A DNA stretch of 64,000 nucleotides from the NCBI GenBank assembly GCA_963804995.1, contig CAWDSK010000003.1, forward strand, positions 640,001 through 704,000, given 5' to 3'. This document shows, piece by piece, positions 11,009 through 21,234 of this stretch. The first letter of the stretch is position 1. Each line of letters starts with the position of its first letter. Source of the stretch: an uncultured Acidobacteriota bacterium. Its GTDB lineage: Bacteria; Acidobacteriota; Terriglobia; UBA7540. The notes under the pieces are model-generated. The model was not told where the DNA came from and did no database searches. It saw nothing but the letters and a program-made list of their open reading frames with translations. Position numbers and translations under genes: made by a program.

Positions 11009-14000
11009 TTAGTACACGAATTTCAGCCCCAACTGAAGCTCCCGCATGGGGGTGTTGGTGCCGGTGATCGCCCCAAAGTTAGAGCTACCGAGTCTCGAAT
11101 TGGTAAACGCGAAGTTCGGGTGATTGGTCACGTTGAAAGCTTCAAAACGAAGTTGGAGGTACTTTCCCTCCCGGAACACAAACCGCTTCATGATATTCGT
11201 GTCAAAGTTACCGAGCCACGGTCCGATCACGGTATTTCGCCCCACGTTACCGTAGCAATAACAGTTAGGAACAATGTACGCGGCGGGGTTAATCCAACCC
11301 TGAAGGGTCGTGGTGGGTAGCTTTAGAGGCGCCCCGGAGTAGCTGGGACGGTCATAGCCACCTTCACCGTTATTCACCTGGTCTGCATTGGTAGTCAAGT
11401 CGACGGGGAAGCCGGTCTCAAAGGTCATAATTCCTCCCAGTTCCCAGCCGCCCAGAACGGCATTGACCACGCCACCCTGATTCAAGAACTGGCGGCCCTT
11501 GCCCGCCGGTAATTCATACAGGAACGACGTGACGGCCCGGTGCTCCACATGCAAATTCGATAAGCCACGATCGGCATTCAAATTATAGGGATCCTGCGGG
11601 AAAAGGCTGTCATTCGCGTGTTCCCGTACGGCGCTCCCATTGTCGATGTCCCGGCTCCACCTGTAAACCTGGTTAAAGCTCAGACCACGCGAGAACTTCC
11701 TGGTAAATGTGACCGCTAACGAGTGATAGTTTTGACTGACAAAGGGTTCATCCCCCTGGATGACCCCATAGACTGGGTAAGGTCTCCGGAGTGTCACAGA
11801 GCCAGGGCCAGGGATGGGGGGATCGTTACCATCGATTAACTTCCAGAGCGAGTGCCCCATGTCCCCCATGTACCCTACCGTGATCATCATGTTGGGAGTA
11901 AGCTGCCGCTGCACGTCGAAGAGGCCCTGGTAAATGTAGGGAGTGTGCATTTGGGGGCCGTTGGCCAGCGTGAAGGGATTCGTCACAAGTTGTGACCCGG
12001 CTAACCCTATGGGATGTTCGAAGCTGAGATCGGGAGACGCTTCATTAGCCGAAATCTGGCGGCGCGCCGCCAGGTTCCGTCCCGCATCAAAGAAATAGTT
12101 GGCCATGTCCTGCGTGTAGAACATGCCGGCGCCTGCCCGGATAATCCAATTGGGGGTCACACTATAGGCAATTCCCAGGCGCGGGGCAAAATCTGTCTTC
12201 CAAACGCAATACCCGGCCCTCCCCATGCAGGGAAGATCATTCGTTCGGGCGGTGATGATGCCCCCTCCAAATTGAAAAGGCGCCGGAAAGTTATCGTAGA
12301 AGCCGCCCTTCCCCGGGCGAACGGTCACCGCGATATCCGTCCCGGGCACCCCGGTCACCGTCCCTCCGGTCACGGGATTAACTCCAAGCACTGACTGGTT
12401 GGGGGGAGGGTAAAAAATATTCGCTGTGTTGCCGTACTTTTCCCAATAGGGGGCAACATATTCATATCGCAACCCCATGCTGACGGTGAGTTTGGACGTA
12501 ACCTTCCAAGTGTCATCAATAAAGTAGGCTTGGGAGGTGTTGCGTAAATCCGTCTGCGCCAGGGCCAGGGCGCCGTCGAACAGAGAATTTAAGCCCAACA
12601 GGAAGTCCGCCGAGGGAACGCCCCCACTGAAAGCCCCCCCAGCGAGGAGGGGGGACGGACCAGTGCCGGTGAAGGCGGTACTTCCGAAGTAGCTAAAGGC
12701 ACCACGAATGAAGGAATTGCCTGCGGAGTCGAATTGGTCGCGGCGAACATCCGCGCCCAACCGGATGGAGTGTTTCCCGTGAACTTTGGCCAAAGTGTCA
12801 GCAAACTGGAAGGTGTTGTCCCAAATCAGGAAGGGGATCGAACAACAGTCGCCCCATGATGATACGTCTTCGGGCCCGATTGTCGGTATGCCGTAGATCT
12901 CGGGCTTAGGTATGGCGACCCCGGCAAAGCCTCCCAGCGCGCCTACGACGTTATTAGTCGTGTAAGCGTTGTGGTTCAGGACGCCGTTGATCAGGCGATT
13001 GTAACCAATCCGGGCATCATTGACCAAGGTGGGGCTGAAGGTGCGCACGTTCGACAGCACGAATTGAAAGGCGTGGGTGGCCAAGCGATCGTTCCCGTCC
13101 GCAATCGCGCTGTTGATGACGCTTTGCACTTCGGAGGTCTGGCTATAGCGGCCAAACCAGGTGCTATTGGCGCTCTGGTTCACGTCTAACCGGATCGTGT
13201 ATTGGTTGTTCACCTGGGCGGACGGGAAGCTGTTAAACAGATTGTTCTGTCCAATTGGCGCCGTAGTGTTGGGCATGGGCTCGAAGGCCATGAGCTTCGT
13301 GGAAAAGGGATCGATCCGCGAGGGACCCGCGCAATTGCTCCCATTGGGAATCACATTCGCCCCACCGCATTCGCTGGCAAACGTGTTGACGCTCGTAACC
13401 ATACTACCGGGTGCGTAAACGGTCGTGCCGACAGTGACGGGCGCCGCATTAAGCACTCGAGTGGCAGGATCATAGAGCGTAGCCAAACCTGTATAATCCC
13501 CCTGGCGCTGCGCTGGGGTCATCACATCGGCCTGTTGGGGCGAGGCTTGGCTGGTCCGGAAGCCTTCGTAATTGAACATAAAGAAGAGCTTGTTCCGACC
13601 ATCGAACACCTTGGGGATGTACACCGGCCCCCCCACCACACCTCCAAACTGATTCTGGTGCAGGATGTTTCCCGGAGGGCAGGTCCCACTGAAGTTGAAG
13701 CAATAGGCTTGGGCGTCCGTAGAAGTGTTGCGCACGAACTCGAAGAGGGACCCGTGGAGGCCGTTGGTGCCGGGCTTCGTGGAAACGTTGATTTGGGCGG
13801 TCCCGCGGCCGAATTCCGCCGGGAACACGCCGGTTTGGATCTTGAACTCCTGGATGGCGTCGATGGACGGCAGGAAGGTGTAAGTGTTAAAGCTTACGTC
13901 CGTATTGCTGATGCCATCGATTGAGTAATAGTTGAACTCGGGGCGGCCGCCAGCCACGGAGATGTCCTTGTTGTTGCGGTCGCCACCCATGCGGCTGGTC

Positions 14001-14515
14001 GCCGCGCCCACGTCCGGAGAATATCCGTACATCACGTTGGCGTCGAGGGCGGTCAATTCCAAGAAATTGCGACCGTCCAAGGGAAGGTCTACAATGCGTT
14101 CGTTTTCAATGACCGAGCCCACCGTGGCATTCTCGGTGTTCAGGGCGATCGCACTGCCCGCAACCTCAATCACTTGCGTGACCGCCCCGACCTGCATCGT
14201 GAAGTTCAAGCGCCGAGATTGCTGCACCTGCAACTCCACACCTTTGACTTCCAACGTCTGGAAGCCCTTCACCTCAACGCTGACGGTGTAAAAGCCAGGC
14301 ACCAGGGCGGGAATGTCATAGACACCCGCGGCGTCCGATTCGACAACACGCAAACCATGCGTGCCCTCGTTGGTAGCCGTGACCTTAGCGTTCGCAATCG
14401 ATGCATTGGAAGTGTCGGTGACGAGTCCCGTAATTTCGCCTTCCGTCTGAGCCCAGAGGTTGAAGCCAGTGAGCAGTACCGCACACAAGCCAACTAGGAG
14501 TAATCCCTTTCTCAT
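11009..14515 (-). CDS. Oar-like TonB-dependent receptor (copy 2, intact)
   Basis: GGAGGG RBS before ATG 14515; same motifs as copy 1; C-terminal RELQLGLKFVY. Confidence 0.92.
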   Translation of the reverse strand: MRKGLLLVGLCAVLLTGFNLWAQTEGEITGLVTDTSNASIANAKVTATNEGTHGLRVVESDAAGVYDIPALVPGFYTVSVEVKGFQTLEVKGVELQVQQSRRLNFTMQVGAVTQVIEVAGSAIALNTENATVGSVIENERIVDLPLDGRNFLELTALDANVMYGYSPDVGAATSRMGGDRNNKDISVAGGRPEFNYYSIDGISNTDVSFNTYTFLPSIDAIQEFKIQTGVFPAEFGRGTAQINVSTKPGTNGLHGSLFEFVRNTSTDAQAYCFNFSGTCPPGNILHQNQFGGVVGGPVYIPKVFDGRNKLFFMFNYEGFRTSQASPQQADVMTPAQRQGDYTGLATLYDPATRVLNAAPVTVGTTVYAPGSMVTSVNTFASECGGANVIPNGSNCAGPSRIDPFSTKLMAFEPMPNTTAPIGQNNLFNSFPSAQVNNQYTIRLDVNQSANSTWFGRYSQTSEVQSVINSAIADGNDRLATHAFQFVLSNVRTFSPTLVNDARIGYNRLINGVLNHNAYTTNNVVGALGGFAGVAIPKPEIYGIPTIGPEDVSSWGDCCSIPFLIWDNTFQFADTLAKVHGKHSIRLGADVRRDQFDSAGNSFIRGAFSYFGSTAFTGTGPSPLLAGGAFSGGVPSADFLLGLNSLFDGALALAQTDLRNTSQAYFIDDTWKVTSKLTVSMGLRYEYVAPYWEKYGNTANIFYPPPNQSVLGVNPVTGGTVTGVPGTDIAVTVRPGKGGFYDNFPAPFQFGGGIITARTNDLPCMGRAGYCVWKTDFAPRLGIAYSVTPNWIIRAGAGMFYTQDMANYFFDAGRNLAARRQISANEASPDLSFEHPIGLAGSQLVTNPFTLANGPQMHTPYIYQGLFDVQRQLTPNMMITVGYMGDMGHSLWKLIDGNDPPIPGPGSVTLRRPYPVYGVIQGDEPFVSQNYHSLAVTFTRKFSRGLSFNQVYRWSRDIDNGSAVREHANDSLFPQDPYNLNADRGLSNLHVEHRAVTSFLYELPAGKGRQFLNQGGVVNAVLGGWELGGIMTFETGFPVDLTTNADQVNNGEGGYDRPSYSGAPLKLPTTTLQGWINPAAYIVPNCYCYGNVGRNTVIGPWLGNFDTNIMKRFVFREGKYLQLRFEAFNVTNHPNFAFTNSRLGSSNFGAITGTNTPMRELQLGLKFVY

Positions 14516-15125
14516 GTCCCCTCCATTGAGTTTGGTTTGCCTTAAACGTTGCATCCTGAGTCCGCGATGCCCAAAGCACGGAAATTGGGCGCCCTGAAAT
14601 TGAACAAATCAATGATGCCAGGCGGCCTTACTTATTTTCGGTTGTAGATGCCCTGTTTGGCGTGCTGAAGCAAGTACCAGTGTATTGTTCCAGCACAAAT
14701 AGACAACAAGGCATGTGCAATATAATGGCCAAATTGTCAATTTCGTAAGTCATAGAAAATAAGTATGTTGTAAAAGATTTGCGAGTTTCAGTCATTCCAT
14801 AATATGTATTCTATTAGAATGGGATATGCTTTTTGAGAGTATAGAGCTTGATGGATGACATCTTTGTGTTCTACGCGCCACGGAATCAGGATCCATTGGA
14901 GGCAGGTTGATGCGCTTTCGGGAGGCTATCCCATCCGCCGGGCGGCTTGCTGCGGCAATCAGTACCACGCTTTTATTTTGTCTGCACCACCCAGTCACCT
15001 ACGGCGCCACTCCTCAACATCTGAATTACCCATTGCATCCCGCGCTCGTGCGGATACATACTTGGCGGTCGAAATTGCGGAGTCGATTCAGCACTAGAAA
15101 TTGATCCCCGTTTAGGACCAACCTT

Positions 15126-17556
15126 ATGGCAAAAATCCCAAACCTGAACCGGCGTGAGTTCATTCAGGGTGGAACGGCAGGCCTGGCGGCACTGGCTGGA
15201 ATAAACGTGAAGGCTGCAAACGCCCAACCCCCCGGCGCGCTGACGGAGTCCGATGCAGTATTGGCGAGGCGGAAAGGCTATCTCGAAACGCTGCAAAAAA
15301 TCTTGCCGCGAACCACCACGCACGAGCTCACGGGCCGCATGAATGGCGGCGACAAGAATTGGGAGGATTGGGTCGCGCGCACCGGCGAACTCCCGCCGGA
15401 TTTTGAGTCCATGCCGTCCAACAATTTCTTGCCAGACCCGCTGGTCCGACTGGAAGGGACAAAGAGTACGCCCATCACCACCCTGGAACAGTGGGCGGAA
15501 CAGCGAAAATGGATGCGCTCAGAGTTGGAGCATTGGATCTACGGAAAAATGCCTCCGCCGCCGGACAATCTTCGGGCGATCGTGACGGAAACGCGGCGCG
15601 AAGGTCGGGTGACCGTAAGGGAAGTGCGGTTGGAATTCGGTCCCGAGCACCGTGGGATTCTGCACGTGCACTTGTACATTCCGGAGGGCAAGGGACCCTT
15701 TCCGGTTTTCCTGACCAATCAGCCGGAAACCAGCAGTTGGATTCACCCTGCGATTCGCCGCGGCTATATCGCGTGTATCTATGACGCCACGGATCCAGTC
15801 TTTGGCGCCACGGATGACTCCGACAAGTTCATCAACGTCTACCCAGACTATGACTTCGCCTGCATTGCCCGCTGGTCATGGGCGGCGATGCGGACGGTGG
15901 ATTATCTCTTGACCCTCCCGGAAGTCGACGCGCAAAAAATCGGAATTACCGGCCACTCCCGCAACGGGAAGCAGGCGCTGGTGGCGGCGGCCTTCGACGA
16001 ACGGATCGGCGCGGTGGTGGGGTCCAGCGGCACCACGGGTGAGTGCCTCCCGTGGCGATACTGCACCCTGGATTATTGGGGCACGGGAAGCATTGAGTCC
16101 ATCACGGGTGGCCCCCACAACACCCACTGGTTTCATCCCCGCTTGCGCTACTTCGCGGGCAGAGAAGATAAGCTTCCGGTCGACCAGGAACACCTTATGG
16201 CGCTGGTGGCCCCGCGCGGCCTCATGATGTATGCCGGTTACAGCGAGCACGAAGGTAACTGCTTCGGGTACGAGCAGGCTTACCGTTCGGTGCGCAGCGT
16301 CTATCAGTTCCTCGGCCATGAAGAAAACGTGCAGCTTCACTTGCGCTACGGTGAGCATGACTTCATCCCCAATGGCATTGAGAATTACGTCAACTTCTTT
16401 GATACGGTTTTTGGGCGGCATCACTACCCCAAGTCCGAGACCTGGATTAATGGCTACACTTTCGAAGGCTGGTTGAATTCGACCGGTGAGCGTGTCGATC
16501 CCCTGCAACATCCGCGGCGGACCTTGACGGATTTTGTGCCTGCCGACCCGTCCTCCTGGTCCCAACACAAGGAAGAGTTGCGAAAGGAAATCCTTTGGGC
16601 GTTGGGGCCGGAACCCGCCGGACTGCCGTTTAAAGGCGTGACCAAGCTGCCCGCGCCCCGGGGGCACTACTGGATTGATCCGGACGATAGTCCGTTGGCC
16701 CTGCTTTTTCATAGACCCTTGAAGCGGCCTAACACAGGATCTGCCATCGTTCCATACGGGGACGGCCTGCGCGCCGATCTCTACTATCCGCTGGGCGCCG
16801 ACGGCAACATGAAGCCCGGCCCTCTGCCCGTGGTCATTTGGCTCCACGCCTATGCCTATGCGACGGGATACTCGCGTTGGGTGAACAAGGCGTTTGATTC
16901 CCTCACCCAGAAGGGTTTTGCCATCCTGGCGTTTGACCAATTGGGGTTCGGCACACGTGGGCCGGATGTGCACGATTTCTACCAGCAGTATCCCCAGTGG
17001 TCGCTGCTGGGCAAGATGGTTTCGGACACACGAGGAGCGATCGATGCCCTGTCCACCTTGGACGGCATCGACCACTCGCGGATTTATATGATCGGCTACG
17101 CGTTGGGCGGCAAGGTGGGATTGGTTACGGCAGCCCTGGACGAGCGCGTGAAAGCCGTGGCCTCCGTGTGCGGATTCGATCCCTTGCAACATACCGCACC
17201 CGGAGATGGCACGGAAGGCGTCCGGCACTACTCGCACTTGCACGGATTGCTTCCCCGCCTGGGCTTTTTCGCGGGAGAGGAAGCCCGACTGCCTTTCGAT
17301 TATGATCGAGTGCTGGCGCTGGTGGCGCCGCGGCCCGCGCTGATCGTGGCTCCTCAACTTGATCGCTACGTTCATGTCGAAGCGGTGCGGAGTGAGGTTG
17401 ACGAAGCACGCAGGGTCTACGGACTTCTGGGACGAAGCGAAGCGCTGCGCCTCGAAGACCCCGCTCGATTTCAACCGCTTTATGGAGGATCGGCAGGAGC
17501 AGGTCATCAACTGGATTGCGCAGCGCAGCGGGGCCGCAACCAAAGGAGAATCATAG
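15126..17556 (+). CDS. Tat-exported tandem alpha/beta-hydrolase (N-domain CE15/glucuronoyl-esterase-like); +1 frameshift at about 17456
   Basis: NRREFI Tat motif; GHSRNGK nucleophile motif; second domain GYALGG; shifted frame gives TPLDFNRF... ending at TAG 17554-17556. Confidence 0.75.
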
Positions 17557-17758
17557 CCCTCTCCGCAGGGGAGAGGGTGGACCGCGGCCGGCGTTTTCAC
17601 CAGCCGGTGCGGGACGGGTGAGGGGTCACTTTCGGGAAGTGGCACAATATTCTTGCTAACAAAACAAAAAGTTACGGTATTGCATTGCAGCGCCCGACGA
17701 GCTGGGAATGAGCTCACTGTCCACGCCCTGGCCGTCAACAAACTACGGAGGTTCGCTT

Positions 17759-18709
17759 ATGCACAAATCTCGTCGTGAATTTCTTAAGGAGTTGCCGTTT
17801 CTGACGGCGGCGCTAGGTCTCGCGAGTCGCGCCGATCTTTACGCCAAGCAGAAGATGCCCAAGCTGCATTTCCCCACGAACCCCCACGACCGGTTGGCGG
17901 TCACCTCTTATCCTTTTCGCGCTTTCATGGATGCCCCCGGCAATCGGGGAAGGGACACAAGCAAACCCGGAATGACCTTGCTGGAATTTCCCAAGCAGAT
18001 GATTGAGAAGTTTGGGATCCACAACATCAATCCCGTCATTGAGCACTTTGCCTCGACCGAACCCGACTATATCGCGTCGTTTCGCGAAGCCATCGCCAAG
18101 GCCGGGTCGCATATCGTGGACCTGGGCCTGAACGAGGGGCGGTTCTACGACCCTGATCCCGACCTGCGCCAGAAGGGCATCGATTATGGAAAGAAAGGGA
18201 TCGATGTGGCGGTGGCGGTCGGCTCACCCAGCGTCCGGCAGCATGTGGGCGGCCAACGCGGCGCCCCCACCAACGTTGACCTGGCCGCGGAGAGCCTGGC
18301 GAAACTGGCCGAGTATGGCGCCGAGAAGAACATTGTCGTGAATCTGGAAAATGACAGCCCCGGGGCGGAGGACCCCTTCTTCCTCGTGCAGGTCATTGAG
18401 AAAGTCAATAATCCCTACCTGCGCGGGCTGCCGGACTTTGGCAATTCCATCCGCGGGCACGACGAGGAATACAACGAGCGGGCGCTCAAAGGAATGTTCG
18501 CCCATGCCTTCAACATGGCGCACGTCAAGGAGCATCTGCACGCGCGGGACGGCAAGGATTACCACGTGGACCTCCCCAAAGTCTTCGCCATCGCGAAGGC
18601 AAGCCATTATCGCGGCTACTTTTCCATGGAGTACGATAGTGGGGCAGGTGACCCGTATGAAGGCACGCAGCAATTGGTCGATATGACCTTGAAATGTCTG
18701 TCCGCGTGA
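17759..18709 (+). CDS. Tat-exported xylose-isomerase-like TIM barrel (AP_endonuc_2; sugar phosphate isomerase/epimerase family), copy 1
   Basis: SRREFLK, LEND, PDFGNS, HVKE, GYFSMEYD; GGAGG RBS. Confidence 0.85.
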   Translation: MHKSRREFLKELPFLTAALGLASRADLYAKQKMPKLHFPTNPHDRLAVTSYPFRAFMDAPGNRGRDTSKPGMTLLEFPKQMIEKFGIHNINPVIEHFASTEPDYIASFREAIAKAGSHIVDLGLNEGRFYDPDPDLRQKGIDYGKKGIDVAVAVGSPSVRQHVGGQRGAPTNVDLAAESLAKLAEYGAEKNIVVNLENDSPGAEDPFFLVQVIEKVNNPYLRGLPDFGNSIRGHDEEYNERALKGMFAHAFNMAHVKEHLHARDGKDYHVDLPKVFAIAKASHYRGYFSMEYDSGAGDPYEGTQQLVDMTLKCLSA

Positions 18710-18766
18710 GGAGGAGCAACTTAAGCGCCCGCCTCGCGGGCATCAACCTAACATGGAGGTTTCCCT

Positions 18767-19717
18767 ATGCATCAATCACGTCGTGATTTCATAAAAGACT
18801 TGCCGGCTTTGGCGATGGCGGTGGGCCTCGCCAGCGGCCGAGATCTTTACGCCAAGCAGGATATGCCCAAACTGCATTTCCCCACGGCGCCGCGAGATCG
18901 ATTAGCCGTCACCTCGTACCCTTTTCGCGCCTTCATCGATACCCCTGGGAATTCCGATAGAGACAAGACGAAACCCGGAATGACCCTGCTGGAGTTTCCC
19001 GCGCGCATGATCGAGAAATTTGGGATTCACAACATCAACCCGGTTATCGAACACTTTGGCTCAACCGATCCCGCCTATCTCGCGTCATTCCGCGAAGCCC
19101 TCACCAAGGCGGGGTCGCATATTGTGGATCTGGGCTTGAATGAGGGGCGGTTCTACGATCCCGACCCCAAGCAACGCCAGAAGGGTATCGAGGATGGCAA
19201 GAAAGGGATCGATGTGGCGGTGGCGGTCGGCTCACCCAGCGTCCGGCAGCATGTGGCGGGCAGCATGCACACCAACGTTGACTTGGCTGCGCAGAGCCTG
19301 GCGATCCTGGCCGAGTACGGCGCCGAGAAAAACATTGTCGTGAACCTGGAGAATGACAGCCCCGGCCCGGAGGACCCGTTCTTTCTGGTGCAAGTAATTG
19401 TGAAGGTCAATAATCCCTATCTACGCGCCCTGCCGGACTTCGGCAACTCGCTCATCGGGCACGATCAGGAGTTCAACGAACGGGGGCTCAAGGGAATGTT
19501 TGCGCATGCCTTTAATATGTCCCACGTCAAAGAGGATATGGTCGACGAGAAGGGCCGGAAGTATCACGTCAATCTCCCCAATGTCTTCGCCATCGCCAAG
19601 GCGAGCGGTTATCGTGGCTACTTTTCCATGGAGGCCGAAAGCGAGGGGGGCAACGCGTACGAAGGCACTCAGAAGTTGGTCAACCACACCTTGAAATGCC
19701 TTTCCGATCTCGCGTGA
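18767..19717 (+). CDS. Tat-exported xylose-isomerase-like TIM barrel, copy 2 (tandem paralog)
   Basis: SRRDFIK; long stretches identical to copy 1. Confidence 0.85.
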   Translation: MHQSRRDFIKDLPALAMAVGLASGRDLYAKQDMPKLHFPTAPRDRLAVTSYPFRAFIDTPGNSDRDKTKPGMTLLEFPARMIEKFGIHNINPVIEHFGSTDPAYLASFREALTKAGSHIVDLGLNEGRFYDPDPKQRQKGIEDGKKGIDVAVAVGSPSVRQHVAGSMHTNVDLAAQSLAILAEYGAEKNIVVNLENDSPGPEDPFFLVQVIVKVNNPYLRALPDFGNSLIGHDQEFNERGLKGMFAHAFNMSHVKEDMVDEKGRKYHVNLPNVFAIAKASGYRGYFSMEAESEGGNAYEGTQKLVNHTLKCLSDLA

Positions 19718-19759
19718 GGAAGGGACGCGAACGGGCTCGTCGCGCCGGTCTTCCCTTAA

Positions 19760-19793
19760 GTCTCATGTGATGCTAAAATGCATCACATGAGAC
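19760..19793 (+). promoter_or_regulatory. Toxin-antitoxin promoter/operator: 14-bp perfect inverted repeat around an extended -10
   Basis: GTCTCATGTGATGC-TAAAAT-GCATCACATGAGAC overlapping ATG 19787. Confidence 0.75.
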
Positions 19794-20029
19794 GAGCCAC
19801 CGTACGAGATCTTCGCTATCATTTTCGGAAGGTTGAGAGCCTGCTCCACGAGGGGGAGGAAATCCAGATCACCAAACGAAAGAGGGTGATAGCAAAACTC
19901 ATACCGACTAAACCTGCAAATCCCGCACGAGCCCCAGATTTTTTGGGCCGCCTAAAAGTGCTTTACGGAAATAAACCTCTCGCGGTGACGGGGGCGGAGC
20001 TTATCTCCCGCGAGCGAGGCCGGTATTGA
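19787..20029 (+). CDS. Phd/YefM-family antitoxin
   Basis: ATVRDLR..F......GEEIQITKRKRVIAKLIP; overlaps the toxin start. Confidence 0.85.
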   Translation: MRRATVRDLRYHFRKVESLLHEGEEIQITKRKRVIAKLIPTKPANPARAPDFLGRLKVLYGNKPLAVTGAELISRERGRY

Positions 20030-20454
20030 GCGCCTACGCCGACTCGAGCTTTCTCGTCTCGCTTTATGTCTTCGACTCGAACTCTACGCAGGCCGCAAAA
20101 CACATTAAGCGAGTCAAGCTCCCCGTATTGTTGACCGCGTTCGGGGAGGTGGAACTCACCAACGCTTTTCACTTGCGGATTTTCCGGAGGGAACTGGGGC
20201 CTTCAAAAGTCCGCGCCGCACAAGCTCTGTTCCAGGCAGACATGGAGAATGGGGTCTTCGGGCTAAAGCCCCTGACCCTCGAAGTGTTCGATAGAGCCAA
20301 GTTTCTGGCGCGATAGCACACGCCCCGATTGGGGACACGGACCCTTGACCTTTTGCATGTCGCCGCTGCCTTGGAATTACAGGCCGACACCCTCCTCACC
20401 TTCGACATCAACCAAAGCAAGCTGGCCAGGGCGGAGGGATTGGTGGTTCCATAG
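20026..20454 (+). pseudogene. vapC: VapC PIN-domain toxin interrupted by an in-frame TAG (20314-20316)
   Basis: YADSSFLVSLY N-terminus; reading through the stop gives HTPRLGTRTLDLLHVAAALELQADTLLTFDINQSKLARAEGL. Confidence 0.85.
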
Positions 20455-20535
20455 CGCTTCCATCCCGGGGCGGTCCCAGGCGAGGCCTGTACTTTTGCTG
20501 CACGATCTCGTCACCGCCGACGCAAGACTCCCCTT

Positions 20536-21153
20536 TCACTTCGCCAGCGGCAGGAGCTTCAAGCTGCGGAACTCGATCTTATTAACAGAATCCTTGTTGC
20601 ACTGGAGACCGATGACCCCTGAACCCGAATGCGTGGAATCGTGCGCGTCCAGGACGATCTTGCCGTTCAGGGTAGCGACGTAGTGGTCACCCTCAACCTT
20701 GACCTCGTAGTCGTTCCATTGGTCGGCGAGGATTTTTGCAGGGGGAACTTTTACGAATCCCACTAAGCTTCCCGTGTTGTACCCGCCCGGTTGAAAATCC
20801 CAAATCTGCAGCTCGTAGCCGGTGATGTGGGGCTGCCCTTCCTTCTGCGACCGTAGGAAGACACCGCTATTCACCTTCTCACCGCCCCGGAATTGCAGCT
20901 TCAAGTCATAATCGTTAAACATGTCGGCGGTGCCGAGCCAACCCGCGGTAGTTCCGGGGCAGACGATGGCGCCATCCTGAACAACCCAATCGCCTCCCAC
21001 ATGAACGTCCCAACCCTGCAGGCTCTTTCCGTCGAACAAAAGCTTCCAGCCCGCTTTGGCCTCGCCTTTGGTCAGTGTATTGGGCAGTACGGCTTTACCC
21101 GCCAGACTCCAGGTCAGTCCAAGAAACATTGCAGCAATCACCCAGTATCGCAT
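20536..21153 (-). CDS. DUF1080 (3-keto-disaccharide hydrolase family) secreted protein
   Basis: GWKLLFDGKSLQGW, NSGVFLR, GYELQI, WNDYEV, G.IGLQ, IEFR. Confidence 0.9.
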   Translation of the reverse strand: MRYWVIAAMFLGLTWSLAGKAVLPNTLTKGEAKAGWKLLFDGKSLQGWDVHVGGDWVVQDGAIVCPGTTAGWLGTADMFNDYDLKLQFRGGEKVNSGVFLRSQKEGQPHITGYELQIWDFQPGGYNTGSLVGFVKVPPAKILADQWNDYEVKVEGDHYVATLNGKIVLDAHDSTHSGSGVIGLQCNKDSVNKIEFRSLKLLPLAK

Positions 21154-21234
21154 TTCAATTCTCCTTAGATAAGGTAGGTCCACCATGGAGAAGAAGGTGG
21201 ACCCGCCGGTCGCGCTCGCTTGAGTGAGAACTCT

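Noticed and set aside
15876..17741. 621-aa minus-strand ORF
   Set aside because: Antisense shadow of the esterase gene; no recognisable motifs
20314..20316. Pyrrolysine or recoded TAG
   Set aside because: TAG terminates several ordinary genes in this window, and no pyl genes are seen
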